A stretch of DNA of 32,000 nucleotides, taken from positions 300,001 to 332,000 of the forward strand of contig NZ_JHXR01000001.1 of NCBI RefSeq assembly GCF_000621645.1, given 5' to 3'. Below the pieces are notes generated by a model. It was not told the origin of the DNA and made no database searches. It worked only from the letters and a program-made list of their open reading frames with translations. The translations under genes and the position numbers were made by a program. Origin of the DNA: Vibrio cholerae ATCC 14035 (GTDB taxonomy: Bacteria > Pseudomonadota > Gammaproteobacteria > Enterobacterales > Vibrionaceae). Positions 27,914 through 32,000 of this stretch are shown one piece after another; position 1 is the first letter of the stretch; every line of letters begins with the position of its first letter.

Positions 27914-28435
27914 TTTAAGAATAAATATGAAAGAAAACTACACATGCCTAGTGATATCAGACACATAGGGGGTATTTGCTTTGAAATATTTTTTCATCTT
28001 GCGAGTTTTATTACGCTTTAAAACGTTGAAAAAGGCTCAGAAAAATGCACGCTTTGCTAACAGTAGAAGTCAGAATGTGTACCGAATGTGACTTTGTTAA
28101 AAATTTATTAATAAAATTATTTGGCAAAAATGACTATTTATTAACCTTTTTGGATTCATGTTATTTAGCACTGCAGATAAACGGTAAATCAGCGAGTCCG
28201 CGTGAGTATCGATAAATTAAGCGATGGGAGTGCAAGGTCAGAGTCAATACTGGCATTGTTTTCAGTAAAAAGAGAACAAGACGAATTCACTTATATTTGC
28301 ATTTGTGTGCAAATTAAATCGCTATTCAGTCATATTTGATGGGTTAATAATTTGTTGCGCGGCTCTGGGTTGAGTGTTAGCTTGTTTCAAAAATGAACAG
28401 TGAAGTTCATCGATATAGACAGGGAGCGTTAGCGC

Positions 28436-29206
28436 ATGACGGATGTACCCGCGCTTGAAATTAAGAATTTACACAAAACTTTTGGTCAGAATGAAGTGCT
28501 GAAAGGCATCTCTCTTCAAGCACAAAAAGGCGATGTTATTTCCATCATTGGATCGTCAGGTTCTGGCAAAAGTACTTTTCTTCGTTGTATCAATTTATTA
28601 GAAACTCCCACTGCGGGTGAAATCTGGGTCAAGGGCGAACTGATCCAGATGAAAACCACGCGTCAAGGCACAGTGCAGCCCGCCAAAGAGAAACAAGTGC
28701 AGCGCATCCGTTCGCGTTTAGCCATGGTGTTTCAGAGTTTTAATCTTTGGTCACACATGACCGTGCTTGAAAATGTCATTGAGGCTCCGGTACACGTTCT
28801 CGGCGTGCCCAAAGCGCAAGCTATTGAGCAAGCGGAGCGTCTACTGCGCAAAGTTGGTTTATACGAACGTAAAGACTATTACCCTGGACACCTTTCGGGT
28901 GGTCAACAACAGCGTGCGGCGATCGCTCGGGCTCTTGCCGTAGAGCCTGAAGTCATGTTGTTTGATGAGCCGACTTCAGCACTCGATCCTGAACTCGTCG
29001 GTGAAGTACTGGGCGTAATGCGAGATCTGGCAGAAGAAGGTCGCACTATGTTGGTTGTGACACATGAGATGGCGTTTGCTCGTGATGTCTCAAATCATGT
29101 GATGTTCTTGCATCAAGGCAAAGTAGAGGAGCAGGGTAAGCCTGAAAAACTGTTTAAAAACCCTGATTCTGAGCGGTTGAAGCAGTTTATTTCGTCTATT
29201 TATTAG
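28436..29206 (+). CDS. Polar (basic) amino-acid ABC transporter ATP-binding protein, HisP/ArtP family
   Basis: Walker [10 protein letters not shown], signature LSGGQQQR, Walker B MLFDEPTSALD. Over its length it looks closer to Salmonella HisP as I recall it ([33 protein letters not shown]; FNLWSHMTVLENV) than to E. coli ArtP. Confidence 0.92.
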   Translation: MTDVPALEIKNLHKTFGQNEVLKGISLQAQKGDVISIIGSSGSGKSTFLRCINLLETPTAGEIWVKGELIQMKTTRQGTVQPAKEKQVQRIRSRLAMVFQSFNLWSHMTVLENVIEAPVHVLGVPKAQAIEQAERLLRKVGLYERKDYYPGHLSGGQQQRAAIARALAVEPEVMLFDEPTSALDPELVGEVLGVMRDLAEEGRTMLVVTHEMAFARDVSNHVMFLHQGKVEEQGKPEKLFKNPDSERLKQFISSIY

Positions 29207-29390
29207 ATGGGCAAATAGAGGCATCTATGGTTTCGAAAGATGAGGTCGTCGGTTGCTATGGACACGGTGGTTACCGATAAGAATAGTGCGCAGTCGAACC
29301 TGAGTCTCAAAGAGTGAATTTCAAGTAACACATTGATATTAAAAAAATAGTAAACACAACATTAAGACAAACAATCACAGGAGTATGGAT

Positions 29391-30167
29391 ATGAAAAAGT
29401 GGTTAGTTGCGACAGCATTAATTGCCACAACAATCAGTGGGGTAACGCAAGCCAAAGAATGGAAAACGGTGCGTTTTGGTATTGAGGGCGCTTATCCTCC
29501 GTTTAGCTGGACAGAAGCCGATGGCTCTTTGAAAGGGTTTGACGTGGATATGGCCAATGCGTTGTGTGCGGAGATGCAAGTGGAGTGCAAAATCGTGCCA
29601 CAGGATTGGGATGGCATTATTCCTTCACTGTTAGCGCGTAAGTACGATGCCATTATTGCAGCGATGTCGATCACTGAAGAGCGTAAAAAGAAAGTGGATT
29701 TCACTGGTAAGTACGCTCAGATCCCGAACAAGTTTATTGCTAAGAAAGGCGCGGATTTAGCCTTCACTAAAGAAGGTTTGAAGGGCGTGAAAATTGGTGT
29801 GCAGCGTGCGACCACTCACGATAAATACATCACTGACAATTATGGTGACACGGTCGATATCGTGCGTTATGGCTCGTTTGATGAAGCGTATTTAGACCTT
29901 GCCAATGGCCGGATCGCCGCAGTATTAGGGGATGCCTCCGCATTAGAAGAGGGCATGCTCAACAAACCCGGTGGTGATGCTTATGAATTTGTTGGCCCTT
30001 CACTGACAGACCCCAAATGGTTTGGCGAAGGTATGGGCATAGCGGTGCGCAAGCAAGATAAAGAGCTAACCGAAAAACTCGATGCGGCGATTACGGCACT
30101 GCGTGAAAAAGGGATTTATCAACAAATACAAGCTAAATACTTCAAGTATGACGTTTACGGTGAATAA
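29391..30167 (+). CDS. Periplasmic basic amino-acid binding protein (HisJ/ArgT/ArtI family)
   Basis: Signal peptide MKKWLVATALIATTISGVTQA. SD AGGAG lies 7 nt upstream of ATG 29391; the track start 29385 is only 1 nt from the SD. Family-3 SBP motifs are present (GFDVDMANALC, DAIIAAMSITEERKK). Confidence 0.9.
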   Translation: MKKWLVATALIATTISGVTQAKEWKTVRFGIEGAYPPFSWTEADGSLKGFDVDMANALCAEMQVECKIVPQDWDGIIPSLLARKYDAIIAAMSITEERKKKVDFTGKYAQIPNKFIAKKGADLAFTKEGLKGVKIGVQRATTHDKYITDNYGDTVDIVRYGSFDEAYLDLANGRIAAVLGDASALEEGMLNKPGGDAYEFVGPSLTDPKWFGEGMGIAVRKQDKELTEKLDAAITALREKGIYQQIQAKYFKYDVYGE

Positions 30168-30250
30168 AAGCGCTTCTTATCACTTCGAGTTGCCGTCCAC
30201 AGGACGGTAGCTTGAAATCATGGATTCGCGATTAAAGCTCACAGTATTTC

Positions 30251-30288
30251 GGGTTGTTGGCACTCGTTCCTGATGTCACCAACAACCC
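30251..30288 (+). promoter_or_regulatory. Intercistronic stem-loop between the binding-protein gene and the permease genes
   Basis: A perfect 10-bp stem GGGTTGTTGG / CCAACAACCC with an 18-nt loop and no T-run after it. A second small hairpin, CCGTCC-aca-GGACGG, lies at 30193-30207. Confidence 0.55.
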
Positions 30289-30314
30289 GTAATCCAACTC
30301 AGGGAACGAGTCAT

Positions 30315-31055
30315 ATGCTGGATTTACAAGGCTATGAAGCCTCTATTCTGAAAGGCGCGCTGCTGACTATTGAAATTGCCGTGCTGTCACTTTTGCTAGC
30401 GATGCTGCTAGGCATGTTAGGCGCACTCGCTAAAATGGCACCCTACCGCTGGGCTCGAGCCATTGCGACACTCTATACCACCATCATTCGCGGTATTCCG
30501 GATTTAGTACTCATGATGCTGATTTTCTTTGGTGGGCAGATTTTACTCAACAATGGTCTCAGTTGGTTTAATGAGTTCATCAACCAATGGCTGACAGCCC
30601 GAGATCCGAATCATGAATGGGTAGCCTATCTGCCCGATTATGTAGATATCAGCCCTTTTGTCGCGGGCGTGTTAACCATCGGCTTCATTTTTGGGGCTTA
30701 TATGGCGGAAACGTTTCGTGGCGCGATCCTTGCCGTGGATAAAGGTGAACTCGAGGCGGCGAAAGCTTACGGCATGAGTGCTGCCATGAGCTTTCGGCGA
30801 ATTTTATTACCGCAGATGATTCGCCATGCTATTCCTGGTTTTGGCAATAACTGGCTGGTGCTGCTGAAAACGACCGCTCTTGTCTCAATCATCGGCCTTG
30901 AAGATATGGTACGCATCAGTTCACTGGCGGCTGGCTCGACCAAGATGCCGTTTACCTTTTATATGGCGGTGGCCATCATCTTTCTATTTTTTACCAGTGT
31001 GTCGACCGGTTTGCTCAAGCTGCTAGAACGTAAATTCAGTATTCATACGAGGTAA
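30315..31055 (+). CDS. Polar amino-acid ABC transporter permease (HisQ/ArtQ-like), 246 aa
   Basis: MLDLQGYEASILKGALLT aligns with the HisQ N-terminus MLYGFSGVILQGALVT. EAA loop ELEAAKAYGMSAAMSFRRILLPQ. The GAG of GGAACGAG lies 4 nt upstream of ATG 30315. The track ORF is over-extended by 14 codons. Confidence 0.9.
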   Translation: MLDLQGYEASILKGALLTIEIAVLSLLLAMLLGMLGALAKMAPYRWARAIATLYTTIIRGIPDLVLMMLIFFGGQILLNNGLSWFNEFINQWLTARDPNHEWVAYLPDYVDISPFVAGVLTIGFIFGAYMAETFRGAILAVDKGELEAAKAYGMSAAMSFRRILLPQMIRHAIPGFGNNWLVLLKTTALVSIIGLEDMVRISSLAAGSTKMPFTFYMAVAIIFLFFTSVSTGLLKLLERKFSIHTR

Positions 31056-31057
31056 AG

Positions 31058-31735
31058 ATGGACTTTTCTCTGATTATCGACAGTTTGCCTATTTACCTAA
31101 GTGGACTTTGGACCACTGTCTGGCTAGTGAGCCTTTCACTCGTAATCGGCTTGCTGTGCGCCATTCCGCTGGCGATTGCCCGAAATAGCAAGCAAAAATG
31201 GTTTAGCCTTCCGGCATGGGGATACATCTATTTTCTGCGTGGAACGCCACTCTTAGTGCAGCTTTATCTGATTTATTACGGTATGGATCAGTGGTTTCCG
31301 GTCAAAGATACTTTATGGGAGCATGCTTGGTTCTGTGCTTTGGTGGCCTTTATCTTAAATACCTCGGCCTATACGGCGGAAATTATCCGTGGGGCGATCA
31401 ACGGGCTTCCGAAAGGCGAGGTGGAAGCCGCCAAAGCTTATGGTATGAGCCGTTTTCAAACTTACCAAAGAATTATTTTACCTAGTGCGCTGCGTCGTTC
31501 CTTACCTGCTTACAGTAATGAAGTGATTTTTATGCTGCATGGCAGTGCCGTGGCAGGGATCGTCACCATCATGGATTTGACTGGCGCGGCACGATTAGTC
31601 AATTCTCGATACTATGCGCCATTTGAAGCTTTTTTGAGTGCAGGGCTGTTTTATATGGCGCTGACTTTCATCATTTTGTGGTGTTTTAAACAGGCGGAAC
31701 AACGTTTTCTTGCCTACCTAAAACCTCGCAGCTAA
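31058..31735 (+). CDS. Polar amino-acid ABC transporter permease (HisM/ArtM-like), 225 aa
   Basis: It starts 2 nt after the preceding stop. EAA loop EVEAAKAYGMSRFQTYQRIILPSA. Five to six hydrophobic spans. Confidence 0.9.
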   Translation: MDFSLIIDSLPIYLSGLWTTVWLVSLSLVIGLLCAIPLAIARNSKQKWFSLPAWGYIYFLRGTPLLVQLYLIYYGMDQWFPVKDTLWEHAWFCALVAFILNTSAYTAEIIRGAINGLPKGEVEAAKAYGMSRFQTYQRIILPSALRRSLPAYSNEVIFMLHGSAVAGIVTIMDLTGAARLVNSRYYAPFEAFLSAGLFYMALTFIILWCFKQAEQRFLAYLKPRS

Positions 31736-31737
31736 AT

Positions 31738-31770
31738 AAAAAATCCCCATCAATGTCGATGGGGATTTTT
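31738..31770. terminator. Bidirectional Rho-independent terminator shared by the ABC operon (+) and xthA (-)
   Basis: aaaaaaTCCCCATC-aatgtc-GATGGGGAttttt, lying between convergent stop codons. Confidence 0.85.
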
Positions 31771-31793
31771 AAGTAAGCCGTCAGAGCACTCGA

Positions 31794-32000
31794 TTACTTG
31801 AATGTTGTCCAGATAGGCGCATGATCGGAAGGTTTATCGATCGCACGTAACTCATAATCGATGCCAGCCTCTTGACAAGTTTCAGCCAGTGTTGGTGTTG
31901 CCAAAATCACATCGATCCGAAGTCCACGGTTGTCTTCAAAGCCGCGTGAGCGGTAATCAAACCACGAAAATTGGTCACTGACGTCAGGATGCAATTGGCG
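31794..32000 (-). CDS. xthA: Exodeoxyribonuclease III XthA, C-terminal 68 codons; the 5' part lies beyond the right edge
   Basis: [24 protein letters not shown]...[23 protein letters not shown] is collinear with the E. coli XthA C-terminus. The frame stays open to position 32000. The track's TTG start at 31994 is an artefact of the window edge. Confidence 0.9.
   Translation of the reverse strand, partial: RQLHPDVSDQFSWFDYRSRGFEDNRGLRIDVILATPTLAETCQEAGIDYELRAIDKPSDHAPIWTTFK

Noticed and set aside
27776-28021. An 81-aa ORF in the AT-rich spacer (MNKESVEAFLTRVKW...).
   Set aside because: It has no SD, overlaps the predicted permease promoter and leader on the opposite strand, and has no recognisable family. 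I kept it only as a possibility to test by ribosome profiling.
28021-28435. ArgR ARG boxes (TGAAT-N4-ATTCA) upstream of the ABC operon.
   Set aside because: Isolated ATTCA/GAAT pentamers exist, but none has the correct partner half-site at 4-nt spacing. The ATGAAC-n6-GTTCAT palindrome has the wrong spacing for a canonical ARG box.
1-32000. Signs of a mobile or defence island: integrase, transposase, tRNA attachment site, long direct repeats, CRISPR repeats, toxin-antitoxin pairs, or an abrupt composition shift across genes.
   Set aside because: I could see none by eye. Every large ORF has a housekeeping or conserved-hypothetical identity, and enteric-like synteny holds (lolCDE; comEC-msbA-lpxK-ycaR-kdsB). 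A systematic k-mer or repeat scan, which I cannot run, would be needed to exclude short dispersed repeats.

Overview
The window reads as a densely coding, conserved gamma-proteobacterial housekeeping region. Gene order and protein sequences match what I recall of Vibrio cholerae chromosome 1 between xthA and mfd (comEC = VC1879, pflB = VC1866); that is recollection and inference, not a search result. I see no rRNA, tRNA, CRISPR array, transposase, integrase, phage gene or recognisable defence island.

Gene order, left to right:
- mfd, minus strand. It runs off the left edge, so it is missing from the ORF track.
- A PilZ-like gene abutting the mfd start.
- lolC-lolD-lolE.
- A DUF2062 membrane protein head-to-head with comEC.
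- comEC-msbA-lpxK-ycaR-kdsB, a translationally coupled chain. The 59-aa ycaR falls below the track's size cutoff.
- The yeaG-yeaH-ycgB operon (PrkA / DUF444-VWA / SpoVR), minus strand.
- yfbU.
- A TTG-start polytopic membrane protein.
- pflA.
- A methyl-accepting chemotaxis protein (MCP).
- An LpxR-family outer-membrane protein.
- pflB.
- An orphan 513-aa permease sitting where enteric bacteria carry focA.
- A roughly 0.7-kb AT-rich spacer.
- A 4-gene polar amino-acid ABC transporter.
- The 3' end of xthA.

Several track ORFs carry N-terminal over-extensions, corrected here by homology and Shine-Dalgarno (SD) position: yeaG, pflB, lpxR, yfbU, the permease, the binding protein and the Q permease.

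I do not see a clear-cut new system. The best candidates for follow-up are:
1. The mechanistically unresolved PrkA/VWA/SpoVR module and its structured intercistronic region.
2. The rearranged pfl locus. It has no focA; an unrelated permease sits there with its own terminator. Both the permease and pflB have FNR-class-II-like promoter geometry and leaders of about 150 nt. An MCP and LpxR are inserted between pflB and pflA.
3. A 53-nt near-perfect inverted repeat in the pflB leader.
4. The large AT-rich spacer upstream of the ABC operon.
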